From contig MNEF01000098.1 of NCBI GenBank assembly GCA_001917535.1, forward strand, positions 45,241-109,240: 64,000 nucleotides of DNA, in the 5' to 3' direction. The DNA comes from Candidatus Rokubacteria bacterium 13_1_40CM_69_27 (lineage in GTDB: Bacteria > Methylomirabilota > Methylomirabilia > Rokubacteriales > CSP1-6). Below the pieces are notes generated by a model that was not told the origin of the DNA, did no database searches, and saw only the letters and a program-made list of their open reading frames with translations. The position numbers were made by a program, and so were the translations under genes. Below, one piece after another: positions 43,920 through 52,771 of this stretch (the first letter of the stretch is position 1; each line of letters starts with the position of its first letter).

Positions 43920-44717
43920 ATGCGGCTGGCGGGCAAACTCGCGGTGGTGACGGGTGGGGGCAGCGGGATCGGGCGCGGGATCGCCCTGGCCATGGCCCGG
44001 GAGGGCGCGGACGTCGCCATTTCCGACATCCAGGTGCTGAACGCCGAGAAAGTGGCGGCCGAGATCAAGGCGTTGGGGCGGCGGGTGGCCGCCATGAAGA
44101 CCGACGTGACCAGCGCCGCCGACGTCAAGGCCATGATCGATCGCACGCGGGAGACGTTCGGCAAGATCGACATCCTCGTCAACAACGCCGGGGCGGCGGC
44201 ATCGCCCGGAATGCCCTTCACCAACAACACCGAGGAGGATTGGGACCGCGCGTTCGCCGTAAACACCAAGTCAGTGTTTCTCACCTGCAAGGCGATCGCG
44301 CCGTACCTGATCGAGCGGAAGAGCGGGCGCATCATCAACATCGCGTCGATCGCCGGCCCCATCGCCGCGCTCACGATGCCGCCGTACAGCGTGGCCAAGA
44401 TGGGCGTCATCACGTTCACCAGGATCGTCGCCAAGGAGCTGGCGCCCTACGGCGTCACCGTGAACGCGATCTGCCCGGGGGTGCTCTACACCGCGTTCTG
44501 GGAGAAGCTGGCGGCGCACATCGCCACGACCAACCCGGCCTTCGCGGGCATGACGCCCCGCCAGGTGTTCGAAAAGCGCGTGGCCGACCTCGTCCCCCTG
44601 AAGCGCGAGCAGACGCCCGACGACATCGCCTGGGCCGCGGTGTTCCTGGCCTCCGAGGAGGCGCGGAACATCACCGGCCAGGCTCTCAACGTCGACGGCG
44701 GGGTGGTGATGCACTGA
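43920..44717 (+). CDS. SDR family oxidoreductase
   Basis: ATG at 43920 after GGAGGAAACGA. It reads MRLAGKLAVVTGGGSGIGRG...NNAG...YSVAKMGV. Confidence 0.8.
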   Translation: MRLAGKLAVVTGGGSGIGRGIALAMAREGADVAISDIQVLNAEKVAAEIKALGRRVAAMKTDVTSAADVKAMIDRTRETFGKIDILVNNAGAAASPGMPFTNNTEEDWDRAFAVNTKSVFLTCKAIAPYLIERKSGRIINIASIAGPIAALTMPPYSVAKMGVITFTRIVAKELAPYGVTVNAICPGVLYTAFWEKLAAHIATTNPAFAGMTPRQVFEKRVADLVPLKREQTPDDIAWAAVFLASEEARNITGQALNVDGGVVMH

Positions 44718-44756
44718 TGCCGGGCCAACTGACTTCCCCGTGGTGGTGATGTACTG

Positions 44757-45935
44757 ATGGATTTCGACTTCACGCCCGAGCAGGAGGCATTCCGCAAGGA
44801 GGTCCAGCAGTGGCTGGAGCAGAACCTCCCGGACGACCTGCGCGGTCGCGCCTTCGCGGCCTCCCGGGCCGACCGCGAAGAGGTCCGGAAGCTCCGGACC
44901 TGGCAGAAGAGGATGTACGAGGCCGGCTACGTCGGCATGGACTGGCCGCGCGAGTTCGGGGGCCGCGGCGCCACGCTGGTCGAGCAGGTCATCCTTTACC
45001 AGGAGCTGGCGCGCGCGGAATCGCCGCAGTTCGTCAACCGCGGCGGCCTCTCGATGCTGGGGCCGACTCTCATGAAGCACGGCACGCCGCCCCAGCAGAA
45101 GCGCTTCCTTCCCCAGATCCTGACCGCCGACGAGATCTGGTGTCAGGGATTCTCCGAGCCCAACGCGGGCTCGGATCTCGCCAATCTCCAGACGCGCGCC
45201 GAGCGCGTGGGCGATCACTTCGTCGTCAACGGCCAGAAGGTCTGGACCAGTATGGCCCACGTCGCCGACTGGTGCTTCCTGCTGGTCCGCACCGACCCCG
45301 CGGTGCCCAAGCACAAGGGCATCACCTTCCTCCTGGTCGACATGAAGTCGCCCGGCATCACGGTCCGGCCCCTCCGCCAGATCACGGGCGAGGCGGAGTT
45401 CAACGAGGTCTTCTTCGACACCGTCCGGGTGCCCCTCGAGAACCTCGTGGGCAAGCCGAACGAGGGGTGGAGCGTGGCCCTGACGACGCTGGCCTACGAG
45501 CGCGATCTGCTGACCTTCATCCGGCACATCTCACTGCGCAACGCGGTGCACCGGCTGGTCAAGCTCGCGCGGGCGCGCGGCCGGGCCCGCGATCCGGTCG
45601 TGCGGCAGAAGATCGCGAACATCTGGATCGGCGAGCAGGCGCTCCAGCTCAACGCCTACCGGAGCCTCACGAACATTCTCCGGGGCGGTCAGCCGGGGCC
45701 CGAAGGCTCGACCTCCAAGCTCTTCTGGAGTCAGGTGGACCAGGAGTTGGCGCAGGTCGCCACCGAGGTGATCGGCCCCTATGCTCAGGTCGCCCACGGC
45801 TCGGCGTGGGCGCCAGACGAGGGCCAGTGGGAGTTCTACGCGATGCTCGCCCAGGCCAGCGGGATCCGCGCGGGGACGTCGGAAATATTGAGAAATATCC
45901 TGGGGGAGCGCGTGCTCGGGCTGCCCAAAGACTGA
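44757..45935 (+). CDS. Acyl-CoA dehydrogenase family protein
   Basis: 392 aa reading WCQGFSEPNAGSDLANL...VNGQKVWTS, a typical acyl-CoA dehydrogenase middle domain and helical C-terminal domain. Confidence 0.8.
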   Translation: MDFDFTPEQEAFRKEVQQWLEQNLPDDLRGRAFAASRADREEVRKLRTWQKRMYEAGYVGMDWPREFGGRGATLVEQVILYQELARAESPQFVNRGGLSMLGPTLMKHGTPPQQKRFLPQILTADEIWCQGFSEPNAGSDLANLQTRAERVGDHFVVNGQKVWTSMAHVADWCFLLVRTDPAVPKHKGITFLLVDMKSPGITVRPLRQITGEAEFNEVFFDTVRVPLENLVGKPNEGWSVALTTLAYERDLLTFIRHISLRNAVHRLVKLARARGRARDPVVRQKIANIWIGEQALQLNAYRSLTNILRGGQPGPEGSTSKLFWSQVDQELAQVATEVIGPYAQVAHGSAWAPDEGQWEFYAMLAQASGIRAGTSEILRNILGERVLGLPKD

Positions 45936-45941
45936 TGGGTC

Positions 45942-46724
45942 ATGAGTGATCTGCTCTACGAGGTGAAGGACCGGATCGCCACCATCACCTTGAACCGCCC
46001 GGACAAGCTCAACGCCTTCACGGGGCCGATGATCGACGCCTGGGCCGCCTCGCTGGGCGAAGCCCAGCGCGACGACCGCATCCACGTGGTCGTCGTCACC
46101 GGAAGCGGCCGCGCCTTCTGCGCCGGTGGCGACGTGGGGCGCATGGGCGAGGGCAAGCCCAGCGGGCTCGACCACAAGAACCAGCTCTGGGAGCACATCC
46201 ACCGAATCCCCAAGACGCTCGAGGCCATGGACAAGCCGGTGATCGCGATGGTCAACGGCCTGGCGGTGGGGGCGGGCATGGGGATGTGCCTCATGTGCGA
46301 CGTACGCATCGCGTCCGAGGAGGCGCGATTTTCGACGGGCTACGTGAAGGTGGGGCTGGTTCCCGGCGACGGCGACACCTACTTCCTGCCGCGCCTGGTG
46401 GGCGCCGCGAAGGCGCTGGAGCTCTTGTGGACGGCGGACTTCGTCGAGGCGGCCGAGGCGCTCCGCTTGGGGATCGTCAACCGCGTGGTCCCCGCCGCCC
46501 AGCTCAGGGACGCCACCTACGCGCTGGCCGAACAAATCGCCAGCGGGCCCCAGATCCCCGTCCGCATGATCAAGAGGCTGGTCTATCAGAGCCTGCGGCT
46601 CGACCTCCGCACGCACCTCGACCTCGTCTCGTCCCACATGGCGATCGTCCGCGAGACGGCCGACCACGCCGAGGGCGTCGCCGCCTTCAAGGAAAAGCGC
46701 GCGCCGAAGTTCCAGGGGCGGTGA
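45942..46724 (+). CDS. Enoyl-CoA hydratase/isomerase
   Basis: It reads ITLNRPDKLNAF...AFCAGGDV...VNGLAVGAGMGMCLMCDVRIA. Confidence 0.8.
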   Translation: MSDLLYEVKDRIATITLNRPDKLNAFTGPMIDAWAASLGEAQRDDRIHVVVVTGSGRAFCAGGDVGRMGEGKPSGLDHKNQLWEHIHRIPKTLEAMDKPVIAMVNGLAVGAGMGMCLMCDVRIASEEARFSTGYVKVGLVPGDGDTYFLPRLVGAAKALELLWTADFVEAAEALRLGIVNRVVPAAQLRDATYALAEQIASGPQIPVRMIKRLVYQSLRLDLRTHLDLVSSHMAIVRETADHAEGVAAFKEKRAPKFQGR

Positions 46725-46856
46725 CGGGCTGTCCGCTTCCTGGTCACTGTCTGTCAGGCTGACACCCTGCCCGGCCGCCGAGGGATCGGAACCCCTCGAA
46801 AGATCACGTCGGCCTCGCCGTGACGGCGTGGCCCCGGTCTTGCTCTACCGGCCGCC

Positions 46857-47375
46857 GTGGATCTCCACGAGACGAAGGACCGGGTCGCCGTCGCCTTGGT
46901 GGAGTCGATCTTCCGCCGGGCCCGCTACCGCGTGCGGCCCTTCGACGCGGATGGAACGAAGCCCCGATTCGTCCGCGAGGACTTCGCGCCGAGCTTCTTC
47001 GTCTTCGTCCCGGGGCCGGAGGGCGCCGAGCGCGAGTTCCTGATCGACGTCACCTATCGGCCCTTCGTCGAGCAGTTCATCGCGCTCGAGAACAAGCGCC
47101 GGGACTCCTCGATCTTCGTCCTGGCCCGGCGTCACTGGCCGGCGCTGCACTTCGTGCTCGTCACCGATCATCCCGGAGCCGGCCGCTCCTGCTTCCAGGC
47201 CGTCACGCTGGGTGAACGCGGCGCCGAGGTGAGGCTCCGCACGGTCGACCTCGTCGATCTCGCCGAGTTCGGCGTCTTCCCGCACAACGTCGCGGATCAC
47301 GAGGAGCTGCTGCTCCGGATCTTCGCGATGCTCTCGGCCGACCGGCACCGTCGCGAGCAGCCGCACGCCGGCTAG
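46857..47375 (+). CDS. Hypothetical protein, no recognised domain
   Basis: 172 aa with a GTG start, reading VDLHETKDRVAVALVESIFRRARYRVRPFDADG.... Confidence 0.4.
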   Translation: MDLHETKDRVAVALVESIFRRARYRVRPFDADGTKPRFVREDFAPSFFVFVPGPEGAEREFLIDVTYRPFVEQFIALENKRRDSSIFVLARRHWPALHFVLVTDHPGAGRSCFQAVTLGERGAEVRLRTVDLVDLAEFGVFPHNVADHEELLLRIFAMLSADRHRREQPHAG

Positions 47376-47410
47376 GCGCGCGTCGGACTAAGCTCCGTTA
47401 ATAGGCAGAG

Positions 47411-47683
47411 ATGAACGAGGACCCGGACAGCAACCGACGAACGCACCTCGTGATGGTGTGGACGACCCTCCTGTGGCTGTTCGGGACTGTGGCGTACGCC
47501 TACACCTACATCCTACATCGGGTAAGTCTGCCAGACGCCGTCGGCTATGAAGCCGACTGGTCGTGGCAGCTGTTTTTCTTCTCCCTCGTCCGCCTTCCGC
47601 TCTTGATAGCGGGTCTCGTTGCCGTTCTTTGCCTCGAGCGTGTGCTTTGGTCGCGCTGGGGGGCTGCCAGCCGTGCCGCCTAA
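47411..47683 (+). CDS. Small hypothetical membrane protein (90 aa, 2 TM)
   Basis: MNEDPDSNRRTHLVMVWTTLLWLFGTVAYAYTYIL...QLFFFSLVRLPLLIAGLVAVLCL. Its GC content is visibly lower (about 58-60%) than the surrounding region (about 70%). Confidence 0.4.
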   Translation: MNEDPDSNRRTHLVMVWTTLLWLFGTVAYAYTYILHRVSLPDAVGYEADWSWQLFFFSLVRLPLLIAGLVAVLCLERVLWSRWGAASRAA

Positions 47684-47746
47684 CCGGCGATTGGAGCGGC
47701 CCGACGTAGAGCCGTTCGAGCGCGGGCTTCGCCCGCGCAATCCTTG

Positions 47747-47787
47747 CTGGGGGAGGTTTCGGAGGGGGCCGTCGAGGCCCCCTCCGA
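47747..47787. repeat. REP-like palindromic element (full unit with leader)
   Basis: ctgggggaggtt tcggagggggcc gtcga ggccccctccga, lying between convergent genes (the small membrane protein and the DJ-1 gene). Confidence 0.85.
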
Positions 47788-47792
47788 CTAGA

Positions 47793-48374
47793 TCACACCG
47801 CCGAGTAGGCGCGGTACTCCATCTGGGCGGCGATCTCCTCGCGGGCGGCGGCGCCCCAGAACCTCTCGACCAGGTAGAGCCCGAGGTCGAGCGCCGAGGC
47901 GACGCCCCCCGCGGTGACCACCTGCCCCTCGTCGACGATGCGCCGGTCGGTGACGACCTCGCGACAGTAGGGACGGAGAAGGTCGTAGGCCCGGTGATGC
48001 GTGGTCGCCCGCCGGCCAGCGAGATAGCCGGCCTTGCCGAGCAGCAGCGCGCCCGTGCAGACCGACGCCAGCGGGCGCCGGGGCCCCCACGATTTCAGAT
48101 AATCGATCAGGCGCGCGTCGTTGACGAGGGCGCGCGTGCCGAAGCCGCCCGGGACGTAGAGGAGGTCGAAGGCGGCCAGGTCCTCGTAGACCGCGTCGGG
48201 CCTGATCAGGAGCCCGGTCTCGTCCCCGATCTCGGCATCCGTCCCGATGATCCGGTGGGTCACAGCGGGGTCGATCCCCATGGTGGCCACGCGTCGCAGC
48301 GCGTCGTAGCCGCCGATGAAGTCGAGGAAGGTCAGGCGCGGGAACACGAGGAAGGCGATGCGCTTGATGGCCAT
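47793..48374 (-). CDS. DJ-1/PfpI family protein (class I glutamine amidotransferase-like)
   Basis: The start is the ATG at 48374 (MAIKRIAFLVFPRLTFLDF). It has the nucleophile elbow ASVCTGALLLG. The tracked N-terminal extension is rejected. Confidence 0.8.
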   Translation of the reverse strand: MAIKRIAFLVFPRLTFLDFIGGYDALRRVATMGIDPAVTHRIIGTDAEIGDETGLLIRPDAVYEDLAAFDLLYVPGGFGTRALVNDARLIDYLKSWGPRRPLASVCTGALLLGKAGYLAGRRATTHHRAYDLLRPYCREVVTDRRIVDEGQVVTAGGVASALDLGLYLVERFWGAAAREEIAAQMEYRAYSAV

Positions 48375-48379
48375 GGCCG

Positions 48380-49075
48380 TCAGGCGAACGCGCGGGCGAT
48401 GGCGAAGGCGGCGCCGGCGGCCAGCCCGCCGATCAGCGCCGTCTGGAGCGCGCTCCGCGCGGGCGGCGCCCCGGTGAAGCGCGCCTTGATGTACCCGAAG
48501 ACCAGCAGGGCCACGATGGTGACGACGACCGAGACCGTCAGGGCGCTGGTCGCCTTGGGGAAGACGATGTACGGCCAGAGCGGGATGAGCCCGCCCATGA
48601 CGTAGGCGCCGCCGATCGTCAGCGCGCTCGCCAGCGCCCGGCCTGGATCGGGCCGCTCGAGGCCCAACTCGAAGCGCATCATGAAGTCGACCCACCCCTC
48701 CGGGTGCCGTTTCAAGGCGTCGACGAGGGGCCGGGCCTCTTCCGCCTTGACGCCGTAAGTCTCCAGGACCTCGACCACTTCCGCCGCCTCCGCCTCGGGC
48801 TTCTCGCGGACCTCGCGCTGCTCGCGCCGGCGCTCGCTCTCATAATGCTCGGCGTCGCTCCGGGCCGCCAGGTAGCCGCCGAGGCCCATGGCCAGAGCGC
48901 CGGCGGCGATCTCGGCGAGTCCCGCCACCACGATGATCCACGTGGCGTCAATGACCCCCGTGAGCCCCGCCGCCAGCGCGAAGGGCACGGTCAGCCCGTC
49001 CGCCATGCCGAGCACGAGGTCGCGCACGGTCCGGTTGCCCGTGAAGTGCCGCTCGGGGTGCGCCACCGGAATCAT
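48380..49075 (-). CDS. VIT1/CCC1 family iron/manganese transporter
   Basis: The start is the ATG at 49075 (MIPVAHPERHF...DLVLGMADGLTVPFALAAGL). It has a central acidic cytoplasmic helix region (EVREKPEAEAAEVVEVLETYG). Confidence 0.75.
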   Translation of the reverse strand: MIPVAHPERHFTGNRTVRDLVLGMADGLTVPFALAAGLTGVIDATWIIVVAGLAEIAAGALAMGLGGYLAARSDAEHYESERRREQREVREKPEAEAAEVVEVLETYGVKAEEARPLVDALKRHPEGWVDFMMRFELGLERPDPGRALASALTIGGAYVMGGLIPLWPYIVFPKATSALTVSVVVTIVALLVFGYIKARFTGAPPARSALQTALIGGLAAGAAFAIARAFA

Positions 49076-49602
49076 CCCTCGATGGACGCGATGCCGTGCT
49101 TGTGGCGCTGGGCCAGGGCTTGGTAACCGGTGGGATTGGCGCGCACCCAAAACTCGGCCGGGGTCCCGGCCAGGGGCCCCTTGATCTTGGCGGGCGCGCC
49201 GAGGGCGAGCATGCCCTCCGGAATCTCGGTGCCCGGTGTGACCAGGGCGCCGGCGGCGATCATGGCTCGCGCTCCGATCCGGGCGCCGTCGAGGACGGTC
49301 GCCCCGTTGCCGACGAGCGCTTCCTCACCGAGGGTGGCGCCGTGGACCACGCAGGTGTGACCGATCGTCGCGCCGGCACCCACTTCCACCGGATTGACGG
49401 GCGTCACATGGACGACGGCGCAGTCCTGGACGTTGGCGCCCCGCCGGATGACGATCGGACCAAAGTCAGCCCGGATGACGGCGTTGTACCAGATGGAGGC
49501 GTTCTCCTCGACCGTGACGTCGCCGATCAGGACCGCGGTCGGCGCGATGAACGCGGACGGGTGCACGTGGGGGTGCTTTCCCTCGAAGCTGAACAGTGGC
49601 AT
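49072..49602 (-). CDS. Gamma-class carbonic anhydrase / hexapeptide-repeat (CaiE/PaaY-like) protein
   Basis: 176 aa reading HPSAFIAPTAVLIGDVTVEENASIWYNAVIRAD with left-handed beta-helix repeats. Confidence 0.8.
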   Translation of the reverse strand: MPLFSFEGKHPHVHPSAFIAPTAVLIGDVTVEENASIWYNAVIRADFGPIVIRRGANVQDCAVVHVTPVNPVEVGAGATIGHTCVVHGATLGEEALVGNGATVLDGARIGARAMIAAGALVTPGTEIPEGMLALGAPAKIKGPLAGTPAEFWVRANPTGYQALAQRHKHGIASIEG

Positions 49603-49675
49603 GGGGCGGGCCCTCGCAGTATGCTCGGAATCGGTTCCTATCTTACGCGAAGTCCTTCGGGCGATGGAGGGTGGA

Positions 49676-50701
49676 ATGCCGATGCCGAGGATCGCCGCCG
49701 TGGCGACGGCGACGCCCCCCTACCGGTTCACGCAGTCCGACCTGCTGGCGCTGTCCGGCTACACCGACGCGCAGCGCCGCGGCTTCTTCGAGCGCAGCGA
49801 GATCGAGAGCCGCTTTCTCTACATCGACCCCCGGCGCTTCCGTCCCGACGAGAGCGTGGATGAGCTGCAGGACCGCTTTCGGCGCGGCGCGCTGGAGCTC
49901 TCGGAGGCGGCGGCGCGGGGGGCGCTGGCGCGGGCCGGCTGGACGGCGGGCGACGTGGACTTCGTGGCCACCACCACCTGCACCGGGCGCCTCACCCCCA
50001 GCCTGGACGCTCACCTGATCGGGCGCCTCGGCTGTCGGGCCGACGTCCAGCGCGCGCACATCGGTGACACCGGCTGCGCCTCCGCGATGGTGGCGCTGCA
50101 GCAGGCGTGGAATCATCTCCACGCCTTCCCGGAGCACCGCGCGCTCGTGGTGGCGGTGGAGATCTGCTCGGCCGCGTACTTCCTCGATCAGCGCCTGGAG
50201 TCGGCGGTCGCCCACGCCATTTTCGCCGACGGCGCCGGAGCCCTGGCGCTGTCGGCTACCGGCCAGGGCCCTGCCGTCGTGGCCCACCGCACGCTCTTCA
50301 GACCCGAGCATCTCGACGCCATGGGCTTCGAGTATCCCGGCGGCCGCCCCCGGGTGGTCCTCTCCAAGGACGTGCGTCGCATCGGCGCCGGCATGCTCGA
50401 CGAGATGACGAAGGTGTTGATGGACGCGCAGGGGCTCAAGCGCGAGGATATCCGCCACTGGATCCTGCACTCGGCGGGGCGGCGCGTGCTCGATCGCGCG
50501 CGCGTGCTGCTCGCGCTCACCGAGGAGCAGATGGCGCACGCGCGGGCGGTGCTGAGAAAGTACGGCAACATGTCATCGGCGACGATCCTCTTCGTGCTCG
50601 AGGAGATGCTACGCGCCGAGTCGACGGTGCCGGGCGACTGGGGGCTCATGATCGGCCTCGGGCCCGGGTTCGCGGCCGAGGGCGCCCTGCTCAGATGGTA
50701 G
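49676..50701 (+). CDS. Type III polyketide synthase (chalcone/stilbene synthase family)
   Basis: It has the Cys-His-Asn triad context (TTTCTGRLTPSLDAHL, GCASAMVALQQA, ILHSAGRRVL, GPGFAAEGALLRW). The ATG at 49676 has a GGAGGG site 4 nt upstream, with alternatives at 49664 and 49682. Confidence 0.85.
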   Translation: MPMPRIAAVATATPPYRFTQSDLLALSGYTDAQRRGFFERSEIESRFLYIDPRRFRPDESVDELQDRFRRGALELSEAAARGALARAGWTAGDVDFVATTTCTGRLTPSLDAHLIGRLGCRADVQRAHIGDTGCASAMVALQQAWNHLHAFPEHRALVVAVEICSAAYFLDQRLESAVAHAIFADGAGALALSATGQGPAVVAHRTLFRPEHLDAMGFEYPGGRPRVVLSKDVRRIGAGMLDEMTKVLMDAQGLKREDIRHWILHSAGRRVLDRARVLLALTEEQMAHARAVLRKYGNMSSATILFVLEEMLRAESTVPGDWGLMIGLGPGFAAEGALLRW

Positions 50702-50824
50702 TGCGAGCCGCAGGACGGCCGGGGGCGGGGGCCCCCGCGTCCGAGGCGAGCCGATGAATCGAGTGGTGCGAGCCGCAGGACGGCCGGGGGCGGGGGCCCC
50801 CGCGTCCGAGGCGAGCGGTGTCCC

Positions 50825-51499
50825 ATGGTGATGCAGCGCGCGGAGGGAGCGATCGAGTATCTGGACCGGCCCGTGCCGTGGGCGGATCGCGACGCCTCGC
50901 TCGACGACATCGATCGCCTCAACGCCTGGTTCGGCGGCTACTGGCTGACGCTGCGCGAGGTCCGCCGCCTCGCCGGGGCGGCGGCGGCCGGGCCGGCGCT
51001 GCTGGTCGTCGACGTCGGCGGCGGCCGGGGGGACTTTGCCCACCGGCTGATCGACTGGGCCCGGCGCGGGGGACGCGCGGTCCGCGTCGTCGTGGTCGAC
51101 CGGGAGTGCGCGGGCGACGGCGCCGGCATTCTCCGGGTGAGGGCGGACGCGACGGCGCTGCCCTTCCGGGAGGGCGCGGCCGACGTCGTCACGGCGTCGC
51201 TGACGCTCCACCACCTCGAGCCCGACGCCGCGGTCGCGTCGCTGCGGGAGATGCGGGCGACGGCGCGCGGGGCGGTGGTGGTCAACGACCTGCTACGCTC
51301 GCGGCTCACGCTGGGGCTCGTGTGGCTGGTGACGCGGCTCTTCTGCCGCCACCGCTTCTCGCGCCACGACGGGCCGCTCTCGGTCCGCCGCGCGTATGCG
51401 GCGGAGGAACTGCGGGTGCTGGCCGACAAAGCCGGCCTCGCGCGCGTGGCGATCCGGCGCTATCCGTGGCTCGGCCGGATCGTGGCGGTGCTGGCATGA
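50825..51499 (+). CDS. Class I SAM-dependent methyltransferase
   Basis: It has SAM motif I, VVDVGGGRGDF. It is coupled to the downstream gene by an ATGA overlap. Confidence 0.75.
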   Translation: MVMQRAEGAIEYLDRPVPWADRDASLDDIDRLNAWFGGYWLTLREVRRLAGAAAAGPALLVVDVGGGRGDFAHRLIDWARRGGRAVRVVVVDRECAGDGAGILRVRADATALPFREGAADVVTASLTLHHLEPDAAVASLREMRATARGAVVVNDLLRSRLTLGLVWLVTRLFCRHRFSRHDGPLSVRRAYAAEELRVLADKAGLARVAIRRYPWLGRIVAVLA

Positions 51500-52698
51500 G
51501 GCCGGGGGCGGACGTCATCGTCGTCGGCGCCGGCCCAGCCGGCGCGGCGACCGCCATCCTCCTGGCGGAGCGGGGCCTCGAGGTCCTCGTGCTCGACCGG
51601 GCCAAGTTCCCCCGCCCGAAGATCTGTGGCGAGTATCTGAGCCCCGAGGCCGTGCGCATCCTCGACGGCCTCGGCGTGCTCAAGGCCCTCGACGCGGCCG
51701 GCGCGGCGCTGGTGATGGGCATGCGGATCACCGCCCCCGACGGCACGGTCGTCGCCGGTACCTATCGTCCGGTGGGGCCGTGGCAGCCCTATCGAGGGCA
51801 CGCGATGGGGATCACGCGCTCGAGGCTGGACGGCGCGCTGGTCGATCGGCTCCGTGCCCTGCCCGTGGACTTCCGCGAGCAGGTGCGCGTCACCGACGTG
51901 CTCGGCGACGGTGACCGGATCGTCGGCGTCGAGGCCATCGACGTCGAGGGGCGCCGGCGCACCTTTCGCGCGCCGTTGGTGGTGGGCGCCGATGGCCGGG
52001 CCTCGGTGATCGCCCAGCGGCTGGGGTGCCGCCGACCCCACCGCCTGCGGCGCATGGCCCTCGTCACCTACGTGGCGGGGCTGCCGGACTGCCGCGACGC
52101 CGGCGAGATCTTCGTGGACCCGCCCGACTACGCGATCCTGAACCCGCTGTCGCCCGACCGCGTGAACATGAGCGTCGTCGTCCCGCTCGAGCACGTGACG
52201 CCGTGGAGCGATCGGCTGGACGTCTTCTTCGCCGCGCGCGTCAGGCAGTTGCCGCATCTGGCCCGGCGCGTGAGCGGCGCCGAGCGGGTCGCGCCGGTGC
52301 AGGCGATGGGGCCGCTCGCCTACCGGGTGCGGCCGCCGCGGGTGGGGGGCGTGTTGCTGGTCGGCGACGCCGCCGGCTTCTACGACCCGCTGACGGGCGA
52401 GGGCGTCTTCAGCGCCCTGCGCGCGGCCGAGCTGGCGGCGGAGACGGCTGCGCAGGCGTTCCGGGTGGGCGACTGGTCGGCGGCGACGCTGGCCGCCTAT
52501 GAGCGGGCCCGGCGCGCCTGCTTCGGCGACAAGGAGCGCTTCGTCCGGGCGCTCCAGGCCGTCATCCGGCGTCGCTGGCTGGCGAACGTCGCGGCGCGCG
52601 CCCTGGCGCGCCGCCCGGCACTCCTCGACCTCCTGCTCGGTGTCGCCGGCGACTACGTTCCAGCCCGCGCGTTGCTGGCCGGTCTCCGGACGCGTTGA
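51496..52698 (+). CDS. FAD-dependent oxidoreductase (geranylgeranyl-reductase/flavin monooxygenase family)
   Basis: The start is the ATG at 51496 (MRPGADVIVVGAGPAGAATA, a dinucleotide-binding motif). It also has GDAAGFYDPLTGEG. The 225-aa N-terminal extension of the tracked ORF is rejected. Confidence 0.8.
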   Translation: MRPGADVIVVGAGPAGAATAILLAERGLEVLVLDRAKFPRPKICGEYLSPEAVRILDGLGVLKALDAAGAALVMGMRITAPDGTVVAGTYRPVGPWQPYRGHAMGITRSRLDGALVDRLRALPVDFREQVRVTDVLGDGDRIVGVEAIDVEGRRRTFRAPLVVGADGRASVIAQRLGCRRPHRLRRMALVTYVAGLPDCRDAGEIFVDPPDYAILNPLSPDRVNMSVVVPLEHVTPWSDRLDVFFAARVRQLPHLARRVSGAERVAPVQAMGPLAYRVRPPRVGGVLLVGDAAGFYDPLTGEGVFSALRAAELAAETAAQAFRVGDWSAATLAAYERARRACFGDKERFVRALQAVIRRRWLANVAARALARRPALLDLLLGVAGDYVPARALLAGLRTR

Positions 52699-52771
52699 AG
52701 CTTCGGGCGGGGGCGCTCCCGGCCTAAGCTAGCGCTGGTGCCGCTCTCTAACCTCTTCCGAGGAGCCGACG

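Noticed and set aside
33126-46765. A shared 10-11-mer tgtctgtcag at 33126 and 46752 (the latter within the palindrome tgtcag-g-ctgaca)
   Set aside because: A 10-mer recurring once in 64 kb is expected by chance. There is no further shared flank.
50818-51495. The N-terminal 225-aa extension of the tracked ORF 50818..52698
   Set aside because: It overlaps the methyltransferase gene in another frame. The FAD-binding motif and the ATGA-coupled ATG at 51496 mark the real start.
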